Both the position numbers and the translations under genes were made by a program. Shown here piece after piece: positions 23,111 through 36,049 of a DNA stretch of 64,000 nt. The notes under the pieces were generated by a model. The model ran no database searches. It saw only the letters and a program-made list of their open reading frames with translations, and was not told the DNA's origin. Source of the stretch: Balanoglossus misakiensis (taxonomy: Eukaryota > Animalia > Hemichordata); NCBI GenBank assembly GCA_040954595.2, contig CM082592.2, positions 248,001 through 312,000 of the forward strand, read 5' to 3'. The first letter of the stretch is position 1. Each line of letters begins with the position of its first letter.

Positions 23111-26100
23111 CTTGGTAAGTATCAATTTTTTGTATATTATTGAGGTAAGATAAAAATGTGCGAAGGTTTGGCAATACTGGCTTAAATTTATATTTAAATA
23201 TAAAATTCTTTGAAAGTAATATAAAGTAATTCAGGGCTAACCACTCATCGTTTGTGTGGTTACTTTGAAAATTCTATACTATACCCACCAAAACATCAAA
23301 AGGGGACAGCTCAATGGCAATATTACACTTTGTCTGTAATTGCAACTCTACATCCTTCCAAAAAGACAAAATACAGTCGCATTCGAAAAATAAATGTATA
23401 AGGATTTCCTCATAATTTTCACAGAAGGTGCATTTCACAGAATCGCATTTTCCCCCTTATCTTTAAAAATGTATTTGTAGTACAGATTCTACTAGCAATT
23501 CTGAATTGAAAATTACGCAAAGTAGAATCCTTTGTTATAATAAATGGTAAAGCATAGTGTCATTGCGAATCAAAATTCCCGAAGAGGTCTTTCCATTTTT
23601 GCGTACATCACATCGGTTTAAGATTATTCTTCAAAAATAACTTATTATAAGTAAAATAGAGTAGGTTTTTTTCAGGATCTATTTGTGTAATACATGTTTG
23701 GGTGGTCATTATTTACAGAGCCTTGTTGCTGAATCTTTCTGAACCGTGATCTTGGAAAAGCGTTGATTAAACCCATATGAAGTTTGGTGAAAAATTATGT
23801 CTGTTACTAAAATCTTGGAAAGATAAAATGGAACCGGAAAAATCTAATAAATCCGAAATATACATTACAACATTATCATACCAGTTTTTATAAAATATGG
23901 TAGCGTTGTTAACTTTTAGCTCTGGTTGAACCATATACACTTTTTTATGTTATTAATAGGGTCGGGAGGGGGGGGGGTAAAGTTTTTGACCAACATAGTA
24001 GTACTGAGTACCAGAAGCTATGACGTGAAAATCTGTTTCTGGCAAACTCCACGACCGGAGCGGGGGTGAAGTGGGTAAGATAGCAGGGGATATACCCACA
24101 GTTTAAACATTTCTATCCACTGAGAATATTGATTGGACATTAATCTGTTAATCCACGAAGCATGCACTGCTTGAACGAATGAGGGAAGATGGGTCATTCG
24201 CAAACCCCACTCATCACAATTACAACATAATCTTAATCTATTGACTTTATCAGGTTTTGAATTCCGATAAAACTCTAATAAGTGTACATATTTGATTATC
24301 TGACATGGGAGGTAAGGATGAGAAAATACGAATAAACTTTGACAAAGCAAGTGTTTTAGCTATTGTAATCTTGCCAAACAAGGTCACAGGTCGCCATGAC
24401 CACTTAGTAAGCAGTGTGGACACTTCCCTTACTTTTGGTGTAAAATTTAACATATCGAGCCCAACAAGATCAACGTTCAGGTTAATACCAAGAACTGTTA
24501 ACGGTTCATCAACCCATAATAAGTTCTTGTTTGGCAACAAAATATCATGTGAATGGCATTTAGCGCCAAACCAAACCAATTTAGTTTTTTGGTAGTTAAT
24601 TCGCAAACCCGACAGAAAAGTAAAGACACCCAAGGTAGCAAACATATTTTTCAGAGAACTTTCAGAACCATCTAAATATACAAAAATATCATCTGCGTAT
24701 TGCCCCAGTAAATTTTTTTTATCTCTAAGTGTAATTCCTTCTATATTACTATGGGCTCTGATTTCATGCGCAAGTTTTTCAACACAGGTAATAAACAGGT
24801 ACGGTGATAGAGGATCACCTTGTCTAACACCTCTCTCGAGGGGAAAAAATCAGGAAAGTTTCCGTTATTTATAACACAACTAGTGGTGTTTTTATAAAAC
24901 ACTTTGACCCATTTTCTGAAAGAGGGATAAAAATTAAACTTTCTCAATGCTTTATCGATAAATTCCCAAGAAAGCGTGTCAAACGCCATTTCAAAGTCTA
25001 GAAGTACAAGAAAACCTTGTCTATCTTTGAAGTTAACGATACATCATCAATCAAACGTGTATTTTCACCAATATACCTTCCTTTCCTCAAAAAACCTTTC
25101 TAGTCAGGGTGAATAATTTTTGGCAAGAACCGTTTCATACGGTTTGCTATAACACCAGATGCAATCTTATCATCCGTGTTTAGCAATGTAATACGGCGCC
25201 AATTTTTCATGTGAAATCTATTCTTGTTGGGTTTCGGGATACAAGTAACAATTCCCCGCTTTTGAGAAATAGACATTTCGCCTGAGGAGTAGGCGGAATT
25301 AATTGCACGGGCTATATAAACACCAATGTCGGGCCAAAAAAATTTCGGCAGAAAAACCGTCTGTTCCTGGTGACTTATTATTTGCTATTGACTTCAACAC
25401 TACTCCACATTCATGCTTAGACAGGGCCCCTTCCAAAGAATCCCGTTCCTCAGTACTCAAAGTAGGCAAAGTATTTCCATGCTGCATAAAATTATCTAAC
25501 TGATCAATATTGCAAGCAACGTTTTTGGTAGCCGCATATAGATTCCGGTAAAACTTAGATTGTTCACGAAGGATGTCTTCGTCCTCAGTTATTGTGGAGC
25601 CAACACTCAGGCACAGCTGACCGATGGCTTTATTGGTGAAATGTCTCTTTTCCATAGAGCAAAAATACTTAGTAGGTTTTTCCCCTTCTGTAGACCACCT
25701 GGCCCGAGCACGTACGCGACTTCCTTCTACTTTTTTGACAGTATGCTATCAACTGTTCTTTTTTCATGCAGTTCATCTAACATGTCAGGCGTTTATAGAT
25801 CATTCACACGAGTTTCTAGTAAAATATTCTCCGTTTCAAGCTGTTTCTCGGCCCTAATAAATTCCTAGTTGCATACGAAATCGTAACTCCACGAATTTTT
25901 ATTTTCAACGTATCCAAGAAAAGTTGATCCGAAATGGTAAAAGTGGGACCAGCTTGAGAGCTTCCCTCCTGTCTGTACTCATCCTTAGTATCCCGAATTG
26001 TGTTTTTAACAATGTCCACATAATCGTTGTCATCCGAGAGAGACGTATTGCAGAGTGGTCACTCCGGTAACCGACACAAATATTTGCAGTTGCGGTCATA

Positions 26101-26370
26101 TTAGCGAATTCAGGCGTAATAAGAAAATAATCCAGTCTTTTGCGCCTAAACTACGTAAATGTACGCGAGGACTCGTTTATCATCCGCCAAATATCTATCA
26201 AATTATACTCATCACAGAGAAGATCAATTTGTTGCCTTGCATCCGAGTGAGAGTCTGTAGTGCGGCCAGCTGTGTCAGCATCAAAACCCTCACTACATTC
26301 CAGTCCCCAACTGCAATAACTGAATTATTACCAAACATATTGATCTGCCATTTCAAATCAATATAGAATC
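23111..26370 (-). mobile_element. Decayed L1/Tx1-clade LINE ORF2 (APE endonuclease - RT - CCHC), truncated at both ends
   Basis: Motifs in order: VIAVGDWNV (~26310), GYRSDHSAI (~26060), KSPGTDGF (~25365), GVRQGDPLSPYLF (~24810), QYADD (24688-24702), SGLRINYQKT, LFGKITIAKTLALSK, CTFCENYEEILIHLFFEC (~23400). Many frameshifts and stops. Confidence 0.9.
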
Positions 26371-27713
26371 TAGTACCACCTACCCCAAGACCATGCGTAA
26401 TCCCATAGGATACACACATTTCAAAGTTGTCTCTAAAGAAGTGTTTTCTTGTTAAATAACTAATGTTAACATTTCCTTTCTTGTTTAGTATATATAGAAG
26501 TCAATAATCCAAACCCCAAAAAGCTGTCAAAAATTTGCTTCACAAAAACAAAATCACAATCATTGCGTTGTCTTTGGGGATGAATATTTTCAAAATTGCC
26601 GAAGAAAATAATTTAAAAATCATATAATTAAATAATCAAAAATTAATTTTACTCCTATTTGCACTTCCCGTAAAGAGCAGTGTCTAAGCTTTCTAAAAAT
26701 ATAAGGTTTATGTACTTTGAAGCTAGCTTTATTGTTGTAGGAGAGGATATAGTACCCCCTACCCGAAGACCATGCGTAATCCCATAGGATACATGCATTT
26801 CAAAGTTGTCTCTAAAGAAGTATTGTATTGTTATATAACTAATGTTAACATTTGTTTTCTTGTTTAATAAATAGAAGTCAATAATCCAAACCCCCAAAGA
26901 TGTCAAAAATTTGCTTCACAAAAAAAAAAATCACAATTGTTGCGTTGTCTTTGGGGTGAATATTTTCAAAATTGCCGAAAAAATTAATTTAAAAATCTTA
27001 TAATTAAATATTCATAATTCTTTTTATAATTAAGTTTGTGCTTCCCGTAAAGAGCAGTGTCTAAGCTTTCTAAAAATATAAGGTTTATGTAATTGTTTGC
27101 TAGTTTTATTTTTTTTAGGAGAGGATATAGTACCCCCCTACCCCAAGACCATGCGTAATCCCATAGGATACATGCATTTCAAAGTTGTCTCTAAAGAAGT
27201 ATTGTATTGTTAAATAACTAATGTTAACATTTGTTTTCTTGTTTAATATATAGAATTAAATAATCCAAACCTAAAACGTTGTCAAAAATTTGCTTCACAA
27301 AAAGAAAATCACAATTGTAACATTGTCTTTTGAGTGAAAACTTTCAAAATTGCCGAAAAAATTAATTTAAAAATCATCTAATTAAATATTCATAAATATT
27401 GTTTAATAAAGTTTGTGCTTCCCGTAAAGAGCAGTATCTAAGCTTTCTAAAAATATGAGGTTTATGTAATTTCATGGTAGTTTTATTTTTTTAGGAGAGA
27501 ATATAGTACCCCCTACCCCAACCCATTTTTCGCCATTTTGAGCGGCACATACCATTCAAAAACCACCCCGGAGGGATAGTGCAACCCAAAATATTCAATG
27601 TTAACATCTTTTTTCTTGTTCAGCACGTTCTAAAGAACAAAAAAATACCCAAGTGGTAGGTTTATGGGGGGGGGGGGGGGGATGCACGGTGGACCCGTCG
27701 AGCCCACGGACTA
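26371..27713. mobile_element. DNA-transposon remnant with a ~378-bp internal tandem repeat (about 3 copies) and one surviving terminus
   Basis: tagtacc...ccaagaccatgcgtaatcccatagg at 26371, 26750 and 27128, with a partial copy at 27504. The right end reads (G)n atgcacggtggacccgtcgagcccacggacta and meets the satellite sharply at 27714. Its reverse complement starts TAGTCC, possibly Academ-like (inference). Confidence 0.55.
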
Positions 27714-29000
27714 AGAGATATTGACGGAATTCAAGAAAAAATAACCATTTTGGCCATATTTTGACAAAAATGGTAAATTTTTAAAAAAATCATAAAAAAT
27801 TAACTCTTTTCTTCATTTTCGGAAATATTATGGAGCATGAAGTGTCGTTCTCTTGAAAAAAGTGCTGCAAATTCCAGAAAAGGCGGTATAATTTGAATCA
27901 CCCAAGACAAAATTACCATTTTCGACTTTTTTTCGAAAAATTGTCTTTTTTACAAAAATAAATAAGAATAAATTCTTTTCTTAGTTTCAAACGGGTGGAG
28001 ATACTTTCCACACGGGTTTTCTAACATTGAATTCCCGTTCATCAACTCAGATTTCCTACAGCATAAGTCGGCTTAAACCCTGACACTCTAGAGCAGAAAC
28101 AGTTGCACACTGGTAACGTTGAACAAGTCGATTTTTCTACGGCCTGGCTCGGCTAAATCTCCGTCACAATATGACAGACACTAGCGTACGTTAGCAACGG
28201 TGATCAAGTCAGATTTTCTACGGCATGGCTTGGATAAAGCCCCGGCACTCTAGAGCAGAAACACGCGTACAGAGACCACGTTGATCAAGTCTGATCTCCT
28301 ACGGCTTGGCTCGACTAAAACCCCGGCACACTATGACAGACACTAGCGTTCGTTAGCAACGTTGATCAAGTCAGATTTCCTACGGCATGGCTTGGCTAAA
28401 GCCCTGGCACTCTAGAGCAGAAACACGCCTACAGAGACCACGTTGATCTACTCACATTTCCTTCGGCCTGGCACGGCTGATGCCCCGGCACTATATATAG
28501 GACAGAGACTGGCGTATGTTAACAACGGTAATCACGTCGGGTTTCCTACGGCCTGGCCCAGCTGAAGCCCCGGCACCCTAGAGCAGAAACACGCGTACAG
28601 AGACCACGTTGATCAAGTCTGATCTCCTACGGCTTGGCTCGACTAAAACCCCGGCACACTATGACAGACACTAGCGTTCGTTAGAAACGTTGATCAAGTC
28701 AGATTTCCTACGGCTTGGCTTGGCTAAAACCCTGGCACTCTAGAGCAGAAACACGCGTACAGAGACCACGTTAATCTACTCACATTTCCTTCGGCCTGGC
28801 ACGGCTGATGCCCCGGCACTATATATAGGACACAGACTGGCGTAAGTTAACAACGGTAATCACGTCGGGTTTCCTACGGCCTGGCTCAGCTGAAGCCCCG
28901 GCACTCTAGAGCAGAAACAGGCGTACATTGACCACGTTGATCAAGTCAGATTTCGTACGGCGTGACTCGGCTGGTGCACCGGCTCTATATGACACAGACT

Positions 29001-32000
29001 CGAGAATCATCTCCAGTAAACGCAAAGGCGCTGTTGCTGCTAAAATCAACGTATCCTTTCACCAGGCTAAGCTTTTGCTTGAGTCTAGTTTCTGGCCACC
29101 AAATGTATTTTGTAGACAGTGGCTAGGTGAACAAAAATTTTCAGAGAGTCAATTAAACCGTATACAAAGAAAAAACGACTCCACAGATGTTGATAGATTC
29201 GTTCAATAATTTTATTTTTCTGAATCTGTGGATTTATTGTATTTCAATGACTTCTGTAGAAGCGGAACAATTGTTAAACTCTGGTTGTTATAGGAAATGT
29301 AATTCATATTCTTACTCTGAGTTCTGCAACTTGGTTAGTAATACACCTATTTCTACATTCTCTATATCTCATTGTAATGTTCGGTCCCTCAGTCGAAACT
29401 TTCATGACTTTAAATTGTTTTATGAGTCACTTGATGAATCAAAAATCAAAGTTATAGCATTATCAGAGATTTGGCAGGTTCAAAATAAAGAGCTTTATTG
29501 TTCAGAAGGCTATCATTTGGAAACAAAATGTCGAAATGACCAGCGGGGTGGGGGAGTTGGGGCATATATAGACTCATCTTTGAATTATACCTCCATTGAA
29601 GCGACTGTAAATCATTCTGAATCTATCTGGCTCAAATTTGACTTGCCAAAGAAAAAATCACTCATTCTTGGAGTAGTGTATAGGAAACCAAACACTAATA
29701 TAGGCGAATTCCTTGAAAGTCTTGAATCTGTATTGACTGATATTGACCGCAAGAAGATGCAGTGCATACTTGTGGGTGACTTTAATGTAAATGCGTCTGA
29801 TTTAAATGCATATGAAACGGTTGATCTTAATAATAGTATGTCTTCTTTTAACCTAACTCAGATGATCACTGTGCCAACACGTATATCAGATCATTCAAGA
29901 ACGGTTATTGATCATATTTATACAAATATACATAGTCATTTTGTTAATTGTGGAACTATTGATGTTCATCTTGCTGACCATTTGCCTATATTTGCCATCT
30001 TTGAGGATCTACGTATGTATTTCCAAAAACCAAAGAGACTTTCAGGGACTACCGTAATTTTAATATAGGTTTATTTCAAGATGAGTTAAGTAGTGTCAAT
30101 TGGGCAGCTGTGTATGAGAGTACTGATGCTAATACAGCATATGACTCGTTTTTAACCATTTTCTCGAATATTTGTAATAAGCATGCTCCACTGCTTTCTA
30201 AAAGCTTAGTTCAAAAAGAAAAATACGGAAACCATGGATAACTGCTGGAATAAAAAAATCAATTGACCAGAAACACAAGCTCTACTCAAATGTCTTAAAA
30301 ACTAATTATCGGCCAGACGTCTTTACAAAATACAAATGCTACCGGAACATGCTTACAAATATTCTGAAAAAGGCTAAGCAAGATTATTATTCTGACCAGT
30401 TTACATACTATCAAGCAGATACTAGTAAGACATGGAAAATTATTAATGATATTTTGAGGGGTGGTGGTAAACATGTAAATCTACCAAGTAGTTTACAAAT
30501 GTCTTCAGCTGGTCGGCAGACTACCCTGATCACCCAGTGTGACATTGTCAATGGGTTTAATGAGTTTTTTGTCCAAATTGGAGAGGCTCTTGCTAGTAGT
30601 ATAACTCATTCAAACAAAAGTTACTTGTCATACTTATCACATTGTACATTGCATTCTTTTTTTCTTCAAGGAACCTCTGAACAAGAAGTTTTTAAATTAC
30701 TTCAAGCATTAGATACGCGGAAGGCAGTGGGTTATGACTACATTAGCCCAAAATTGTTAATCAATGCAGCATTATATATTTCTAAGCCTCTTAGTTATAT
30801 TATCAATTTAACGATCACAACTTGAATTTTCCCAGATTCCTTAAAAATAGCAAAAGTGACTCCTATCTTCAAAAAAGGAGAGACGACTGATCCAGGTAAT
30901 TTTAGACCAGTGTCTGTATTGCCACAAATTAGTAAAATTTTTGAAAAACTTATTAATAAGCAAATTATTTCCTATTTTAACAAATTTGATTTACTGTACC
31001 CTTACCAGTATGGCTTCAGAGAGAATTATAGTACTAAATTGGCAATTGTGGAACTAGCACAGAAAATTCTGGACGAAATTGATATGGGAAATAAGGTTAT
31101 CGGGATATTTCTTGACTTGAAGAAAGCATTTGACACCGCGAATCATGACATTTTGATAGACAAACTGGACAATTATGGTGTTAGGGGACTCCCTAAAAAT
31201 CTTTTTAGAAGCTATTTGACCAACAGAAGGCAACATGTAAATGTAAATGGGGTACGATCAGATGAATTACAAATATCCTGTGGAGTTCCACAAGGTTCTG
31301 TGCTGGGTCCAACACTTTTTCTCATCTATGTAAATGATATAGCAGGGGCAGCAAGGTATTTTGACACGCGTCTATTTGCAGACGATACCAGTCTATTTCA
31401 TACATTTAATCCAAGAAATATAATAGATCTCTCAGAAGTTAATTCACAATTGAAAAATGTTATAAACTGGTGTGATGCCAACAAATTAACTGTACACTCA
31501 AAGAAAACTGAATATGTTATTTTTAGAGGTAAGAACGTGTCAGTAGAGACAACAGGAGAAATTGATGTTAAAGGGGTAACAATAGACGAAGTACAAACAA
31601 CTAAGTATATCGGTGTAGAAATAGACAATAAGTTAACATGGAAACATCACATTAGAAATGTACACAGAACGATTAGTATGAAGACTGGTATTCTTTATAG
31701 GTTAAGGGATGTTGTCCCACGACATATTCTTATACTATTGTACAATTGTTTTATCCTCCCACACATTTCCTATGCTATAGAAACTTGGGGAAATACTTAT
31801 TTATCTTTTTTGAGGCCAATACTTGTTACACAGAAAAGAATTGTACGTGTATTGGCGGGATCAGACCGTCTTGCACACTCTTCACCATTGTTTAATGAGT
31901 TACATATTTTGAATGTATACAAGCAACGTGATCTTCAACTGTCCTTGTTTGTTCATGATGCTCTTAATGGCAAGCTTCCACCAGGATTCTCAGAGTATTT

Positions 32001-32398
32001 CGTTCCTATTCAACACTCTTATCATACCAGATCAAAAGATATAGGTGATCTTTTTATTCCGAAATATAACAGTAATGCTGGCCAACATTCCATAAAGTAC
32101 ACTGCAGCAAAGGTTTGGAATAAACTTCCTGAAAATATGCGCTCAACAAGGTCAAAATTTTCATTTAAGAAACATATGAAATCCTTGTTAGGAAAAGTAT
32201 AGTTTGACTTTTATTTCTTCCTTTTGTATGTATTACTAACCAAGTGTTCTACTGATCACCATGAGGGGATGGACTTGACTAGTGCGAATGCACTATTTTT
32301 CCTACCTCCTTTTTCACTTAAATAGTACATTTTCTTTTTCACCATTCGATGTAAAAAAATTGGAAGTGAAATAAATTTGATTGATTGATTGATTGATT
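29001..32398 (+). mobile_element. 5'-truncated CR1/L2-group (Crack/Daphne-like) LINE inserted in an 81-bp monomer
   Basis: Interrupts gacacagact|ggcgtaag with a GACT overlap. Contains an ORF1 tail (..FWPPNVFCRQW..) and ORF2, then AATAAA and a (TTGA)n tail at ~32370-32400. Confidence 0.93.
29187..32202 (+). pseudogene. LINE ORF2 (APE endonuclease plus reverse transcriptase), disrupted
   Basis: EN motifs HCNVRSL, ALSEIW, GGGVGAY, VGDFNV, IDHIY, ADHLPI. RT motifs NFRPVSVLP, QYGFR, DLKKAFD, GVPQGSVLGP, LFADD, KYIGV. Two frameshifts (~30030, ~30220) and a TGA at 30823-30825. Confidence 0.92.
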
Positions 32399-35300
32399 GA
32401 CTGGCGTAAGTTATCAACGGTGATTACGTCGGATTTCCTACGGCCTGGTTTAGCTGAAGCCCCGGCACTTTAGAGCGGAAACACGCGTACATTGACCACG
32501 ATGATCAAGTCAGATCTCCTACGGCCTGGCTCGACTAAAACCCCGGCACACCATGACAGACACTAGCGTTCGTTAGCAACGGTGGTCAAGTCGGATTTCC
32601 TTCGGCCTGGCTCTGCAAAAGACCCGACACTCTAGTACAAAGACGTTGGCTAAGTCGGGCAAACCGAAGAGGGAAAGTCACAGCGGGTCAACACTCGACA
32701 TTTGTTCGGGTAGGACTGCATTTTTAATATTGCCTGTCAATTTAAAGAGAAAGCTCGAATTTAACCAGGGCGTTTCAAACACCGACGTTAGTTGGGGGCA
32801 CGGCCTGCAGTACTGCCGGGTAAGCTGACATCGGCGTACCACATATAATGTAGGGGGGGGGGGGCGGGAACAGAACGGTTCAATACTACATTTATTAGAT
32901 ATCAGCTAATTTTGGACAATCATCTAAAATCTAAATCATTTTTTCATATTTGGATATCTGATGATGTATGAAATTTCCATTATATGTAAAAATGGTGCTT
33001 ATTATAAAACATGCACTCTGAATGAACTGATTTAATACAAGATTGCGTTTTATTCGTTTTTGCACCAAAAAGGTCATTTTTAGGCAAAACATTCTTTATT
33101 TTTTTTAATTCGGTGACCTGATCATATATAAACAATTGCTTGTATGTTTAAAGTTTTTATGACTTTTAAAAGCAGTGACACTGGCGGCATTCAACACGAA
33201 AATAACAATTTTAGCCACAATTTGGTCAAAATGGTAAATTTTTGAAAATTACAAAAAATACCTGTTTTCTACATTTTCGGAAATCTGATGGAGTATAGAA
33301 TGCTCTTCGTATGTATATATCGATACAAATTCCACAAAAGACCGTCTAATGTGGCTCACTGCAGACAAAATTGCTTTTTACCAAATTTTCCTTGAAAATG
33401 TCATTTTTAGAAAAAAAACTAAAAAAACCTTTGTTCTTCGAATTTGGTGCCCTGATCATATATGACATGTTGATTGTATGTTAAAACTCTCGACCACTCC
33501 AAAAATGCAGAGATATTGACGGAATTCAAGAAAAATAGCCATTTTGGCCATATTTTGACAAAAATGGTAAATTTTTGAAAAATCATAAAAAATTAAGTCT
33601 TTTCTTCATTTTCGGAAATATTATGGAGCATGAAGTGTCGTTCTCTTGTAAAAAGTGCTGCAAATTCCAGCAAAGGCGGTATAATTTGAATCACCCAAGA
33701 CAAAATTGCAATTTTTCGACTTTTTTTCGAAAAATTGTCTTTTTTACAAAATAAATAAGAATAAATTCTTTTCTTAGTTTCAAACGGGTAGAGATACTTT
33801 CCACACGGGTTTTCTAACATTGAATTCGCGTTCATCAACTCAGATTTCCTACAGCATAAGTCGGCTAAAACCCTGACACTCTAGAGCAGAAACAGTTGCA
33901 CACTGGTAACGTTGAACAAGTCGATTTTTCTACGGCCTGGCTCGGCTAAATCTCCGTCACAATATGACAGACACTAGCGTAGGTTAGCAACGGTGATCAA
34001 GTCAGATTTTCTACGGCATGGCTTGGCTAAAGCCCTGGCACTCTAGAGCAGAAACACGCGTACAGAGAACACGTTGATCTACTCACATTTCCTTCGGCCT
34101 GGCACGGCTGATGCCCCGGCACTATATATAGGACACAGACTGGCGTAAGTTAACAACGGTAATCACGTCGGGTTTCCTACGGCCTGGCTCAGCTGAAGCC
34201 CCGGCACTCTAGAGCAGAAACAGGCTTACATTGACCACGTTGATCAAGTCAGATTTCCTACGGCGTGACTCGGCTGGTGCACCGGCTCTATATGACACAG
34301 ACTGGCGTAAGTTATCAACGGTGATTACGTCGGATTTCCTACGGTCTGGTTTAGCTGAAGCCCCGGCACTTTAGAGCGGAAACACGCGTACATTGACCAC
34401 GATGATCAAGTCAGTTCTCCTACGGCCTGGCTCGACTAAAACCCCGGTACACCATGACAGACACTAGCGTTCGTTAGCAACGGTGATCAAGTCGGATTTC
34501 CTTCGGCCTGGCTCTGCAAAAGACCCGACACTCTAGTACAAAGACGTTGGCTAAGTCGGGCAAACCGAAGAGGGAAAGTCACAGCGGGTCAACACTCGAC
34601 ATTTGTTCGGGTAGGACTGCATTATTGCCTGTCAATTTATAGAGAAAGCCCGAATTTAACCAGGGCGCTTCAAACACCGACGTTAGTTGGGAGCACGGCC
34701 TGCAGTACTGCCGGGTAAGCTGACATCGGCGTACCGCATATAATGTAGGGGGGGGGGGGAACAGAACGGTTCAATGCTACATTTATTAGATATCAGCTAA
34801 TTTTGGACAATCATCTAAAATCTAAATCATTTTTTCATATTTGGATATCTGATGATGTATGAAATTTCCATTATATGTAAAAATGGTGCTTATTATAATA
34901 CATGCACTCTGAATGAACTGATTTAATACAAGATTGCGTTTTATTCGTTTTTGCACCAAAAAGGTCATTTTTAGGCAAAACATTCTTTATTTTTTTAATT
35001 CGGTGACCTGATCATATATAAACAATTGCTTGTATGTTAAAAGTTTTTATGACTTTTAAAAGCATTGACACTGGCGGCATTCATCACGAAAATAACAATT
35101 TTAGCCACAATTTGGTCAAAATGGTAAATTTTTGAAAATTACAAAAAATACCTGTTTTCTAAATTTTCGGAAATCTGATGGAGTATAGAATGCTCTTCGT
35201 ATGTATATATCGATACAAATTCCACAAATGACCGTCTAATTTGGCTCACTGCAGACAAAATTGCGTTTTACCAAATTTTCCTTGAAAATGTCATTTTTAG

Positions 35301-36049
35301 AAGAAAAAAAATAAAAAAAAAACCTTTGTTCTTCGAATTAGGTGCCCTGATCATATATGACATGTTGATTGTTAGTTAAGACTTTCGACCACTCCAAAAA
35401 TGCAGAGATATTGACAGAATTCAAGAAAAAATAGCCATTTTGGCCATATTTTGTCAAAAATTGTAATTTTTTAAAAAATCATAAAAAAATAACTCTTTTC
35501 TTCATTTTCGGAAATATTATGGAGCATAAAGTGTCGTTCTCTTGTAAAAAGTGCTGCAAATTCCAGAAAAGGCGGTATAATTTGAATCATCCAAGACAAA
35601 ATTACCATTTTCGACTTTTTTTCGAAAAATTGTCTTTTTTTACAAAATAAATAAGAATAAATTCTTTTCTTAGTTTCAAACGGGTAGAGATACTTTACAC
35701 ACGGGTTTTCTAACATTGAATTCGCGTTCATCAACTCAGATTTCCTACAGCATAAGTCGGCTAAAACCCTGACACTCTAGAGCAGAAACAGTTGCACACT
35801 GGTAACGTTGAACAAGTCGATTTTTCTAAGGCCTGGCTCGGCTAAATCTCCGTCACAATATGACAGACACTAGCGTAGGTTAGCAACGGTGATCAAGTCA
35901 GATTTTCTACGGCATGGCTTGCATAAAGCCCCGGCACTCTAGAGCAGAAACACGCGTACAGAGACCACGTTGATCAAGTCTGATCTCCTACGGCTTGGCT
36001 CGACTAAAACCCCGGCACACTATGACAGACACTAGCGTTAGTAAGCAAC

